A model generated the notes under the pieces. It did not search any database, was not told the DNA's origin, and worked only from the letters and a program-made list of their open reading frames with translations. Below, piece after piece: positions 26,691 to 39,222 of a stretch of 64,000 bases of DNA (its first letter is position 1; every line of letters begins with the position of its first letter). Position numbers and translations under genes: made by a program. This stretch comes from Balanoglossus misakiensis (taxonomy: Eukaryota > Animalia > Hemichordata), in assembly GCA_040954595.2 (NCBI GenBank), contig CM082591.2, forward strand, positions 8,874,001 to 8,938,000. The letters run 5' to 3'.

Positions 26691-27514
26691 GGGACTGTTC
26701 AGTTATGGTGGAGGGGGGGGGGGGGCAAAAGTTTGTGTCATTGGTTTTCAAAATCAGGCCGACACCCCCTTCAACCAGGACCAAAAAAATGATGACCCCC
26801 CCCCCTTTGACAGGACCAAAATATGATGACCCTCCTCCCACCCCGAAAACATTCGCCATCCTTATCTTATGTACACTGACTGTATGCAATAAAGGTAAAG
26901 GGTCTCCTCACACCTCAATTCTAAATTTCTTAAAGAAATTTATAATTTGAAATTATAATAGTATAGCGTTGCAATAAAGAAGTCTATGGATAAATTAAAA
27001 GGACACGTCAATACAATAGTTGGTAGGATTGGTAAAACAAGAAAAGTGGAAGGGGTGGGTGTACGTAGGACAATTTTGTAAAATACAATTAATGCATTTT
27101 AATGAACTCAAAGGCAAATTAACTTAATGTTGGGGAGGACAAATTTGACTTTTGCCACTCAAAGTTAACATCAGTGGGGGTGGGATGGCAAGTATTCTGC
27201 CCTGGTACACTATATGTGGCGAAGAAATAAGGGGATGGGTGTGGGAGGGGATGTCACCCTTCCACATAAGAAAACTTTGTAAAATATGTAGCTCAAAGTT
27301 GCATTTTAATGAAGTCAAAAGCAAATTATCTCAATGTTTGAAAGGACCAATTTTACGGTTGCCACTCCACTCAAAGTTAGCATCGGTGGGTACATGTATA
27401 TTACCTCCCCCCTAAACGTTTGAAAAAAAGATGACTCCCTCTTTTGGATTTCAAAATTTAAGTGACCCCCTGGATTTTGCCAGCCTCCCCCCACCGTAAA
27501 AACTGAATGGTCCC
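26691..27514. mobile_element. PIF/Harbinger (Tourist-like) MITE, left arm only
   Basis: taa|gggactgttcagtt...aactgaatggtccc|taa. The empty site is visible in the other arm near 50375. Confidence 0.88.
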
Positions 27515-30503
27515 TAAGCGCTATTTTGTCAGTGAAATGGCTCCATTATTATCCCTCCAACCATAGTTGAAACGGAGTTAAATATGTACAGCTTGAAATC
27601 ATAAAATGTTGCAAAATTGAACCAAGAGTTTGGTCAATGATCAAGTTCTTACAGCTATTACTAGAACCATACAGTCTCAGCGAACAAGAGACATTGGTCC
27701 GATTTGCAAGCCGAGTTGAAACTGACTTTGCCTGCACACAGATGTGCCAATTTCAGCGAATCTTATCGTATTTAAAAATGAATATGGAGAATTGTTATCT
27801 GTGTTCCTATTGCTAGCCTACATACATGTAGCTGTTGTCATTCTAGTTTTTTTTTTCTGTAACCCAAAATTGTCTGGACGATGAGCATGCAGAATTTTTC
27901 TGATGCTTCTTACTGGCAGAAGGACCACCAGTTGCAGATTTTCATTTCTACGGCACAAGGGAATTTTATACTTTGCGTGCTAATATAAATCCTGTTAAAT
28001 TCTATATATTCTTTATTGGGGATTCAAAAGTATAATAATTGATAGTGTTAGTACCTCTATTCCAAAAAAGCATGCTGTGAGTGTGCGTGTGATTGTGATC
28101 AATATCGTAGTTTCAAAATTTGCAGTGTGCCAGTTCAACACATAGCATAACAATGGTAAAGCACATGTGTGAATTTCGTGAAATTGGGGAGTGTATCTTA
28201 CACGGCCATGGCTATCACATTTGCACATGATGGCTTACATTAAAATGTGTTGCCTATCACGATTATTTAAATAACATAAAACATCTGATATCTACAGAAA
28301 CAGTACTATTATAGTGGAAAACATGACAAAAATATTCAAGTAGTATATCACTCACATTTTGTGTTATGAAGACATGGCAACACTGTTTGGGATACTTTTA
28401 TCAAATGTTATGTGATACTATATCAGCCTGTTTTGCGGATCTTGACAATGACATATATTAGACTTTTCATACACAGCATGAGGTAGAATTTCAGAAACGA
28501 TTAGGTAATAAGACTGCATATCTCATAGGAAATAATCACTTTAGAAGTATTACGATAAAAAAAATCATTTCACTCTTATTGGGAGCATACATTTGTAAAA
28601 CATACATACAGACATGAATACAGACATAGAGCGATCAAGGTGTATACGATTTTCAGTGGGGGAGGGGGTCCTCCTTAATTGCAAACAACTATGTAATGGT
28701 AATTTCCCTTTTATAATAACAATTTTTGAGGTATAAGGAAAAAATATCTAACAAAATAAACAAAAAAACTAATTCAGCTATGATTTGATTCAATTATCAT
28801 TCTAAAGAAGCACATATCATTCATTAACTCACAACTAAACTTTTAAAGTGATCAACCATGCACTTTCTGAGAATTTTTTTTTATGCCCCAAAAATACAAT
28901 TTTTTCATTTTCAGAACATTTATGATATATCACAGTAAAAAAATCCCCTGGAAACTGCAAAACAAAAAATTGCAAAGCAATCAAACAAAAATGGCAAAAA
29001 ATTGTCCACAAAAACTATATTGACACTTCCATCATAGGATTTGTTAAAATGTCGTGATAACACACCTAGGAACCTGCAAACCAAATTTCAAAGAACTGTG
29101 AGTAGAGGTTTTTGAGTATTTGACCAAAATCACCCCAAAAATATACTTCAAAAAATGAAAAAAAATCCATGAGGTCTCAATAAAATGAATACACACCAAT
29201 TTCTAAAGCAATTTGACCAGTTTCCACCAATTTCACATTGGTCCCAGTGGTAGATAGACATATACGAAATGAGAACCAAAGAATAAAACACATTTCAAAG
29301 ATTTAACACATCTTTTTCCTCAAGAGTGTTTTTCAAATCTTCTCCACATCCTTCAAAATCGCCACCATAAAGCCATATTACTTGTAGTGCTTATGTTTGT
29401 CATATCTAGGTGATGCATACCACTATAGATGTGTACCCTTTGTATAGAGGCAGATTAAACAGGTGTGGTACCTGTTAAATATCTGACTTCTTTAAATTAC
29501 AGCCACAATCGTCTGTCAACAAGATGTTCATGTAGATGTATACCTAGCAGTAAGCTTATTTAGATTGACAAATCTTAGATGAAAATAATGAAAAAGTGGC
29601 ACAACCCTTAGGGCTTTAACTAGCAGCTTTATGCCAGATGAGTTAGAGTCTAACGATGTAATGTTGACATTAAGGTTTCATTGAAATAACTTGGGAACCT
29701 CTCTACTATTTGAAGCACCAAAGCTGTGAAAAACTTCCTTCTTTCCCTGAGTTTGTTGCCAAGTGTCTTGACCCCTTTACCAAATGTCAGGGACCGGATT
29801 TTTTTCAGCAAAATTTCAAATAACCTTGGCTGATTTTTTACCTACTTTCACATATTGGGTAGCATGAAACAAAGTATAGCTTCCAGAAGGGTTATAGATA
29901 CAGTGTTTTGTAATAACAAGAATTAACATTAAACTATAATTTCATGGTTAATTTAGGACCGCCTTAATCTATGGTAACGTCATTAAATATTTGCATATCT
30001 AATTGTAGGCTATCCAGTGGAGGGAGAAACCTAAACATGGACAACATTGGGGTCAAAATTGTTTGACAAAACTTTGGGTGATTTTGGGTAAACCTTGACC
30101 AACATTATTATATCTTGGCATCCAGAGCAGATGCAACCTTGACACTTGGAGTGATGGAAATGCATAATGGAGTATTATGTCTCAGCTAGTCACAGTGCTT
30201 TTGCTGTGTTTTATGTCTTTTATTTAGCCAAATTAGATGTTTTTCATTACACATTGGCTGTGTTTGCCAGTACTTTTTAGCTGGTCACACTGCCTTAACA
30301 CAATGTATTCTCAAAATACTCTGCAATCATTATGAAGCATATACAGCAGACAAAGTTGTGGTATGACTGAACTTGCCCTTCTTTGTGATTAAAGCATGAC
30401 CGGCCTGTCTTAGGTGGCCCCTACCTAGGGGCTTTACCCGTCATTGGCTCACAGTCTGAGAAATCAGCTCTGCAGGGAAGTTAACGATGTAACCCACCAT
30501 TAA

Positions 30504-30842
30504 CCCTAACAGTGCCAAGTCAGTAGGAAACGTAGTTATTTTCCTACCCCCCTAGAATCCCGGGCATACTTGACTGTGGAAAAATGAATTGGTATCAGAC
30601 TGTGTAATGTCAAATATTTGAACAGCTGAGTACATACTAAACCGCCTCTGCTGGGTAATTTGATCAGGCCAAGATGATCATAAACAGTGGATACAGCTAG
30701 ATTGAGGCAAACGACCCTGTCTAAATACACACATGGCAGCTAATCAAAGAAACCAACACTGTCTAAATACGTATTCCAGTGATGATACGTATCTATATGG
30801 ACTTGAGACTCTAACGGGTTATGACACCCGGTAGCAATAGGG
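30504..30842. mobile_element. piggyBac-like MITE, left arm only
   Basis: ttaa|cccta...taggg|ttaa. The other arm has a single ttaa (gcaagctttaatggtggg, ~47600). Confidence 0.85.
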
Positions 30843-33800
30843 TTAAAGCTTGAATTTCCGCTTTTTGTATCTGATGCCTGGCTGAGGCCTTCTTAGGATC
30901 TACCCAACGCTGAGTAGGCTATCCCGTCATTGGCACACAGTCTCAGGGAGGGAGTCAAAAGTTCAGTATACCAGCAAAGCCTTTATATTGTCCATTCTTT
31001 TTAAGAGAAGGCTGGCTGCTGTAGAAAAATGTTGATCTCAAATTTATCATGTCCAAAAAAAGGCAGACTTCCAGCCCTATTGGTTAGGCTGGCATTAGGT
31101 ATGTACATAATTAATGAGGCAAGACATAATATTCCATTACATAGTTCCATCACTCCACGTGGCAAGGATGTATCTGTGCCGGATGCCAAGATATAGGAAT
31201 GTAGGTCAAAGTTTACCCAAGATCACCCAAAAGTTTGTCAAAAGATTTTGACCCCGAAGTTGTCCATGTCCAGGTTACCACATCCACTAGAATAAGATAT
31301 GCACATATTTAATGAGGTTACCATAGCTCAAGGGGGTCTTTAATTAACCATCAACATTTAGTTTCATATTAATGCATGTTAATATAATACACTGTATCTA
31401 TAACCCTACTGGTAAGCCTAGAATTAGGTACATGCGAAAGTTTTTGACAAGATAGATAAGTTGTAAAATATGTACATGAACCTTGACAATTGACTTAAAA
31501 TAACATAAGGCTGACTTGATACTTATCGGAGATAGATACTAATAACAACAGTGATGTTAATTACACCGGGAATGTTTGTCTTATTATAGCTACATGTAAA
31601 AGACTGCTTGAGGTAATGTAATTAAAGTGACCACTTGCGATTCACCTTCAAAGTGCTATGCAAGTCTACGGTACATTGTTTTTCCAATGATTGGACAAAG
31701 GATATTCATAATGTGTAATTAAGGCTGGATAGCATTTTCAATGTAATAAGCCCTGCCTTCACTATAATCTTACGCCAAATCAACATTGTTCAGTTTATGT
31801 TAATAACTTCACTAAGGGACACTTGTTACATCAAATTTCCCAGCAAGGGGTGTCAGATTATTGGGCAAGTGGCATGCATGACACTAGACGTTACTTTTGG
31901 AAGCAAAGCGGACAGAACACGGCTGGATATAGACTAGGTAATTCTGAATGTGACCATGAACTGTACCACAGACTCTGTATTGTATGTTTCTGAAGAATCC
32001 CATTTAACCCAGACATCAACATACTTCAACCTTGTAAGAAGTAGAACATACATGATTTACTAGTAAATATTTGCTAGGTTATTACACACTTTGGATTACA
32101 CACAAATAGGTGTGTACACCGCTGTGACATTGCCAAGCAGATATGACCTACCAGGTAACCTAATACAATTTCACAGGAATCGGAGTATTTTCAGTGAAAA
32201 CAACATTTCTTCAACAATGACAAAAACTGCCTCAACCACAAAAATTCAGATATCAACAAATCCAACAATATCTCACTTCAATCACCACAAGGAACATGCC
32301 TACCAAAATTGAAAGCAATCTGACATGCGGTTTCAAAGAATACAAATTGCAAAAATTGCCTCAAGACCACAAATATGCAAATTTCACCAAAATGATATAC
32401 AACATTACTTGGGTTACCTCATGGAACAAGCAAACCAAAATTTAAATGCAACCTGACCTGACGTGGAGTTTCAGAGAAAATGATTTTTGACCAAAAATGA
32501 CAAAATTATATTTCCCAAAAATTACAAATTTTGCCACAATTTAAACAATGCTAACAAAGATTACCTATAGGAAATATCATACTAAATTCTAGATACAATT
32601 CACGATATTAGCTGAAAGTATATCAGGCGTGACATAAGCTACATGCATACAAATGTTCAAAGCAATCTGACCAGTTGTTGAGTTTCTGAGTTTTGATCAA
32701 TTACACATTGCTCCAGGTAATTAGCATATTTCATTTGAACAGGCGTGCCAGCATCTAAAAACCCAATATCAAGACTTACCACACAGACTCTGTATTGTAT
32801 GTTTTTGGAGTAATCAAATAAAACCAATCATGAAAATACTTCAACCTTCTTAATATGAACAAAATCCTATTTACAGGCTGGCCTGCATCTACACACCAAA
32901 TATCAAGGGGATACGCGAAGGGGTTTTCAAGTTTTTGATGTGGACAGACATACATACATCCATACATACTACATACACACATACAGAGGCAACTGACTGG
33001 TCAGAAGGCATGAGCAAAAATGCAGGAAATCAATGTTGTGACACTGGTAGTAGGCCTTAATGTATACAATATCAAGACAGTTTATTTAACATGAAGTTTG
33101 ATATGTTCATAATCATTCAGAGCTAAGCATATTTTGAAATTGTAAAATTAATATCAATCACATGAAAACTGACAGCATGCTTTCATTTGGAAATTTAGGT
33201 ATTGTAATTAACACTAACAGTCATGAAACTATTGAATCGTCAATAAAATCATACAGTAGAAATTAATGGGTTTTCTATTTATATGCGATGTGAAAATGCA
33301 ACTTGTGGTCCTTCGGCCAGTAAGAGGCATCAGATAATATTGTAAGACCCAGTTGCCCAATTGATTAGACCTACATGTATGCGCTGTGTGAAGCGCAAGT
33401 TATGGCAACTGAATTCACAGGACACTGAAGAAAGTGGAATCACTCAAGGTACATATGTATACATGTAGGCTAACAATCACAACACAGAGAATAGTTCTCC
33501 ATATTCATTTTTAATACGATAAGATTCACTGAATTGGCGCATCCATGGGCAGGCAAGGTTAGTTCCAACTCAGTTTGCAAATCAGGCCCATGTATCTTGT
33601 TCCCTGAGACTGTCTGCTTCTAATAATGGCTGTAAGAACATAATCGTTGACCGAACGGTTGGCTCAATTTTGCAACATTTTATGATTTCAAGCTGTGCAA
33701 TATTTGCAACTCAGTTTCAACTTTGGTTGGAGGGATGATGATGAAGCAATTTCACTGACAAAATAGCACTACTAACTGACGTCAATATTTGTTCAAAGTT

Positions 33801-34709
33801 AAATGCATTGCCATCAGAAAAATGCATACGAAAAGTTTCGTATGTGAATAATAACACTTTTTCGCATAACTGCAAACCCTGTCACAGTTGTGAAATTCTA
33901 GGAAAATTCATTCATTAGGTAGAATTCGTGTTTTATGAATTCTTAAACAAACTTAGTCATGAAACCTAAATGGTTACCTTACACATGTGGAGGCTCGACT
34001 TCTGTGATATGATAGTCTTCAATTAATGTGTATGTGATTCCATACAAATCCATATGATTACCTGAACGTACAAAATAAATTAAAAATAAATACATAAATT
34101 AAAAATAAATAAGTATCTCATACATATGCATAAGTGCTTGTGAGAAATATATCATATATCTAAATAAACCTGTCATTTATTGACCTCATTTTCCCAGTAA
34201 ACCAAAGGACTAAATTGCACTTTAATATTACAGCTTCACTTCAATGCAACAGGTACACTACATCATAAAGGAACAAATATGCCAGCTCAACATTTATATA
34301 AACAGTGTCAAAATATAAGTGGCTACAAAAGCTTGTGTCCCTTCAATCCATCCTCCCACTCAGGTCAAACGTGTTACATATTAAAATTGCAATGTGCATA
34401 CAATACAATTAGTCTTTTGTAAATTCAGACTGAGAAAATATGACTGATAAACATTATCTGGCACATGTTGGTGAATGGCTGGCGTTGATGTGGTGGGTTG
34501 AAATCCGAACTATGATTATCGCGGGTACAAATCACATTTATTTTCTCAGAGACAACACGTTTGCAACTTCGGGACAGAAAGGTGAAAACGAACGTCATTA
34601 GTTCTTGGGAAAAAACTCTGAAATCAATTTCGGTGAGTTCAAATGTGTTCCAAAGGCAAACCGTTTCTGGTAAACAAATCAATGGCAAATAGTTACTTCG
34701 GCGACTTAC

Positions 34710-34901
34710 CAATCAATCAACATGGCTGCCAAATCGTTGGATATCCCGGTTTCATCTCGCGATCATTCTATCTTCCGATATGGCGTTGCTTGGTTAAATT
34801 CGTCTCTTCTTTGCCGACATAGTCGGGCGACAGCGGTCCAGAAGCATATACAGCGACGCCATCTTGTTTACAATGTGAAGTATCAACTGCGCATGCTCAA
34901 T
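34710..34901 (-). promoter_or_regulatory. Candidate promoter and first exon at the inner end of the left arm
   Basis: CpG-rich. On the minus strand: NRF1-like GCATGCGCAGT, YY1-like CAAGATGGCG, then the donor G|GTAAGT at 34709. Confidence 0.55.
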
Positions 34902-35432
34902 GGTTGTTGATTGGAAAGTGAGCAGAGCCTGCAAGATCCAGGGTTCGCTTGACCGGCCAAACACGGTTATTCTCCCTGGACCAAATCATTTAAGCGTCAG
35001 GCGTAATACATCACATAATTGACTGGAAAACTAAACAGTCTTCCACCTATATATCAACACAGTTTATTAAACCAGCACCCGCGCAAATATTTACAAGTAT
35101 ATGATTAAAATTGATCAAATCATTAATCGCACGGTTACAGCTGTCATAGTTTCTAATAATATTATTCACTGGTAGCGCTGACATACCATGTTGAAACTTG
35201 TCGCGGAAAACAAGATAATTGATCTTACGGTGTCATTTGTTTTTAAAAAGTGCTTAATAACTATTGATCCCATTGATATATTTTTCCATATTTATATATT
35301 TTTCGCAAATTTTGACTGCTTGGGCTACTAATAGCATGGTGATCACAATGGATTGACCACCTCCCAGCTGCGTTATAAAAGAATGCCTATTCTGTGGACA
35401 CTAGCCTCATCGAAGACCGAACGTGTTCATCG

Positions 35433-35531
35433 ATGTTTCCATTCATGACGAACTCCAATGCAGGCGTCGCAGTCATTCTGGCTTTCACGCTGTGGGCGCC
35501 TCTGGTGACAGCAATTCCCAACAAGTTGCGG
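35433..35531 (+). CDS. Candidate exon 1 of a small secreted protein (signal peptide)
   Basis: TATAAAAG at 35374. Translates MFPFMTNSNAGVAVILAFTLWAPLVTA|IPNKLR and ends at a perfect CGG|GTAAGT donor in phase 0. Confidence 0.55.
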
Positions 35532-35758
35532 GTAAGTAATCACACAACCTATATGAGTGAAAGTTTCTTGTCATTTTCGCAACGTCAAGGTTGATATTCT
35601 CTTCTTGGATCGAAAATGTGTGACACAACAAATGAATCTGCGTGGCAGGGTCGGCTGTGTCTTTTGCTTCGAGGCATAGTCGTCAGACACACATCCCTAA
35701 CACGCGAAGCCAGCTTATCCTTTGATCAAATGGCAGCGCTATTCTAAATATTTTACAG

Positions 35759-35831
35759 CATGCCGTAAAGGACAAACACATGCCGCTGGAAGAGGCCAAC
35801 ACTCAGCAGAGACGGCAAGATGTTAGCGGAG
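35759..35831 (+). CDS. Candidate exon 2 of the small secreted protein
   Basis: ttttacag acceptor, open in phase 0 (HAVKDKHMPLEEANTQQRRQDVSG). The original GAG|GTGAGC donor is displaced by the 35835-38196 insertion. Confidence 0.45.
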
Positions 35832-35834
35832 GTC

Positions 35835-38196
35835 TATCGTGGCCCCTACACGTCAATTTTAATTTATTATTTTGAAAGTTAAACTTTAATTTTAGATAGA
35901 CAATATCTTTTCCCAAGAAGTAAACTTTAATTTTGGTGGCGGCAACTAATTTTGATGGACAAAACTTTTTGATTTTGACAGTAAAACTTTAATTTTACTT
36001 ATCACAAATTTTATTTTAGAGAACCAAATTTTATTTTTTCCAAGAATAATATATTAATAGAGATTTATTTTGTCCAAAATAAACAGTAACAACTTGAGAT
36101 AAACTTATTCATACTACGTGGATTTTTTTTTCCAAAAAGGTATGTTTTAATTTTTATAGAAAAAGTTTATTTTGTAAAATAACAAATTATTTTTCCCAGG
36201 TGAAAATATTTTACGGAGTTAAATTTTAATTTACATTTAAGTAACCTTTAAACACTCGAGATAAAATTATCTGTACTCGATGGAATTATTTAACCTTTTA
36301 AAACAAAATGTTTTTATTGCTTAAGAAAAAAAATATTTACTAAAGTAACAAATTATTTTTCCCGGGTGAAAATTTTATTTTACAGGGATAAATTTAATCT
36401 GATTTCTAGGAACACAACTTATGGGGGCGCTCTTTCTATTGCTACTGACAAACTTTTGTTATGAGGGCGCAAATCAGGTTTCGGCGTGCGAATTTATTTT
36501 ACATGCATGACAAAATATATTTTCAGAAAGCAAAATATTTTTTTCTTCGCGGCGGAAATGAAGCTATCCCACAATTCCCGTACATGAGGACGTTACAGGA
36601 GTACATAAATCCAACAAACAGATGAGATGGCTATCTATCCACAGTGCAATGTTTACAGATTGTATATACTACGGCCCGGGCAGACAAATCCGGACAATTT
36701 CGCCGACGTATCGTAGACCTTTGAATGACGCTGTCGATCAAATCGAATACAAGATCTAGGGGAGTCCGTGGGAGGAATCGGCCAGGTGCGAACTTGGCTC
36801 GTAGGATCGTTTAAATTAAAGTCCTTTAAATTATGTTTCGTGTATGCTTCACATTTTACGTGTACAGTAAACCACAGTGCTGCTCTGTCCCTGTCCCTAG
36901 GCAGTTTGTGGAGTGACTGTGGTACAGTCGCCGCCGTTTAATCAGGACACCATGGGCGCAGACAAAACATCCCCATTAACCGGGTGTTCCGTTTAGGGTA
37001 AAATGGTCGATCCCACCCATACATGTTCACCTTACATGCTATTGTTTACTTGGACATCGACGGCAAACAATTTCCATATGATGATTGACTTTCGCGCTGA
37101 TTATCGTACCCACGGCGGCCGACTGACCACGGTGAGTTATATATAGCCGCTCTAGAAAACATGACCTCAGACAGGTCCCTCGGGACCGTGCCTCGAATTT
37201 AACGATCATGTAGATGGACGCACTGCCGCTTATGAGGTCACCGGGGAGCTTTCCAAAGTGGTCGCGTGGAGCTGTTTCAGTCCGTCCTCGACGTGAAACA
37301 CCCGAAATTGGAAGGGACAGCCGGTTAATCGAAATATAATTTAAAGGACTTTAATTTAAACGATCCTACGAGCCAAGTTCGCACCTGGCCGATTTCTCCC
37401 ACGGACCGACTCCCCTAGATCTTGTATTCGGTTTGATCGACAGCGTCATTTAAAGGTCTACGATGGCGGCGAGATTGTCCGGATTTGTTTGCCCGGGCCG
37501 TAGTATATACAATCTGTAAACATTGCACTGTGCATAGATAGCCATCTCATCTGTTTGTTGGATTTATGTACTCCTGTAACGTCCTCATGTACGGGAATTG
37601 TGGGATAGCTTCATTTCCGCCGCGAAGAAAAAAATATTTTGCTTTCTGAAAATATATTTTGTCATGCATGTAAAATAAATTCGCACGCCGAAACCTGATT
37701 TGCGCCCTCATAACAAAAGTTTGTCAGTAGCAATAGAAAGCCCCATAAGTTGTGTAACTAGAAATTAGATAAAAATATATTTACATCTGTAAAATAAAAT
37801 TTTCACCCGCGAAAAGTAATGTTACTTAAAAAAGTTTTACAAAATTAAATATTTCTTTCCGAAAATAAAATAATTCTATGTAGTATAGATAATTTTATCT
37901 CAAGTGTTAGAAGTTTATTTTGGAAAAAATCTTAAAATTTTAGTCTCGGGAAAAAATAAAATTGGCTTTCGGAAATTAAACTTTTGTTCTCTAAAATAAG
38001 AGTTGTGTAAAGTAAAATTAAAGTTTTACTGTCAAAATTAAAGAGTTTACTCCACTGAAATTGAAATTGTGTGCGTCAAAATTATAGATGCCTTCACGAA
38101 AACTTTAGTTTACTTTTGGGAAAAGATATTGTCTATAATTTTGAAAGTTTAACTTTCAAAATAATATTTTAGGCCTGACATGAGGGGGCCTCCGTA
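35835..38196. mobile_element. Foldback-like non-autonomous element with ~1-kb inverted repeats (IS3EU-like termini)
   Basis: gaggtc|tatcgtggcccc...ggggcctccgta|gaggtg. 35835-36840 is the reverse complement of 37330-38196, and 36415-36840 / 37330-37750 are nearly perfect. Confidence 0.88.
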
Positions 38197-39107
38197 GAGG
38201 TGAGCCCCAACAATAAATTAATATTGTTCCTTTTATTTAGAAAACGCCGCATAATTAGCCAACCAATCATGGTTATGAGAGTGTTTTGACATGCGTCAGT
38301 GGTCAGTAACACACAAGCTGCATGATAAGAGGGTCAGAGAAATTGTAAGCCGCAATGTATAATGGATTAACTCCATGACCTATGCGACCTACGAACTGTG
38401 ACGTACAGAATTTATTTCTACGTGTAATGCGGTCTGCGGCAGTGAGCCACAGACCGCATTGCGAGAGCAGTGAGAATTCACCACAATGCAAACTTTCTGA
38501 ACGTAGGTTGATCTTCGAATGAAATATTACCTTGTCACCAGTTTTCCACATGGCAACACTGTACAATTGCGGGACGTGGTCATTCACAAGTGGAATAATT
38601 ATGAGTAGTAAAGCACGCGCAGCAACGAGCACGTTTTGAAATGCGCGCAGATGATCCCAGTTTAGCAAATTCAGGCCATTGCGTGCATGCAAAAAAAATA
38701 ATACTGTACCGGGGGTGAGCCTACTTTCTTTCCATACAGATACACGTATATGTTGGTTAAAGGTATGTGACAAACAGTTTTCATGTAACAGCCAGTGATG
38801 CTGACCATAAAACCAGCGCAGCTGATGCTTTCATCTATAATTTGCAACATGGACGTTTGTGTCTCTGCATGTGTCGTGCATGTTACTGCTGAACAAAAAA
38901 GATATGCGGGCACCACAGGCTGGCGAAAGCGGTGCTCACGTGCTCTGCAAGCTGATGTTGTCACTAAATTGGCAAAGTATTGTACACATGAAGGAGTTTC
39001 TTGAGCTGTCTGTTGTATAAATGTCGGTTGTGAGTACATTATTTTTTATTTTGTTTTAATAATTTTCAAAGCCCCTATGATTGAAGCATATTATTACGAC
39101 TCATCCG

Positions 39108-39222
39108 TTCATCATTCATTCATTCATTCATTCATTCATTCATTCATTCATTCATTCATTCATTCATTCATTCATTCATTCATTCATTCATCCATTCAGT
39201 CAGTCAGTCAGTCAGTCAGTCA
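39108..39222. repeat. (TTCA)n/(GTCA)n microsatellite
   Basis: Directly visible tetranucleotide array. Confidence 0.98.

Larger units (their letters stand above)
23649..34901. repeat. Left arm of the large inverted duplication
   Basis: Collinear reverse complement of 43295-54205, for example 24030-24130/53990-54090, 25030-25400/52680-53010, 30180-31130/47320-47940 and 34600-34901/43295-43610. Confidence 0.93.

Noticed and set aside
34722-34910. Near-identical ORFs 34722+ and 43130-
   Set aside because: By-product of the inverted duplication, and antisense to the promoter and splice signals.
38303-39039. 156-aa and 122-aa minus-strand ORFs in the spacer
   Set aside because: No recognisable domain, non-ATG start for the longer ORF, and no coherent splice structure.
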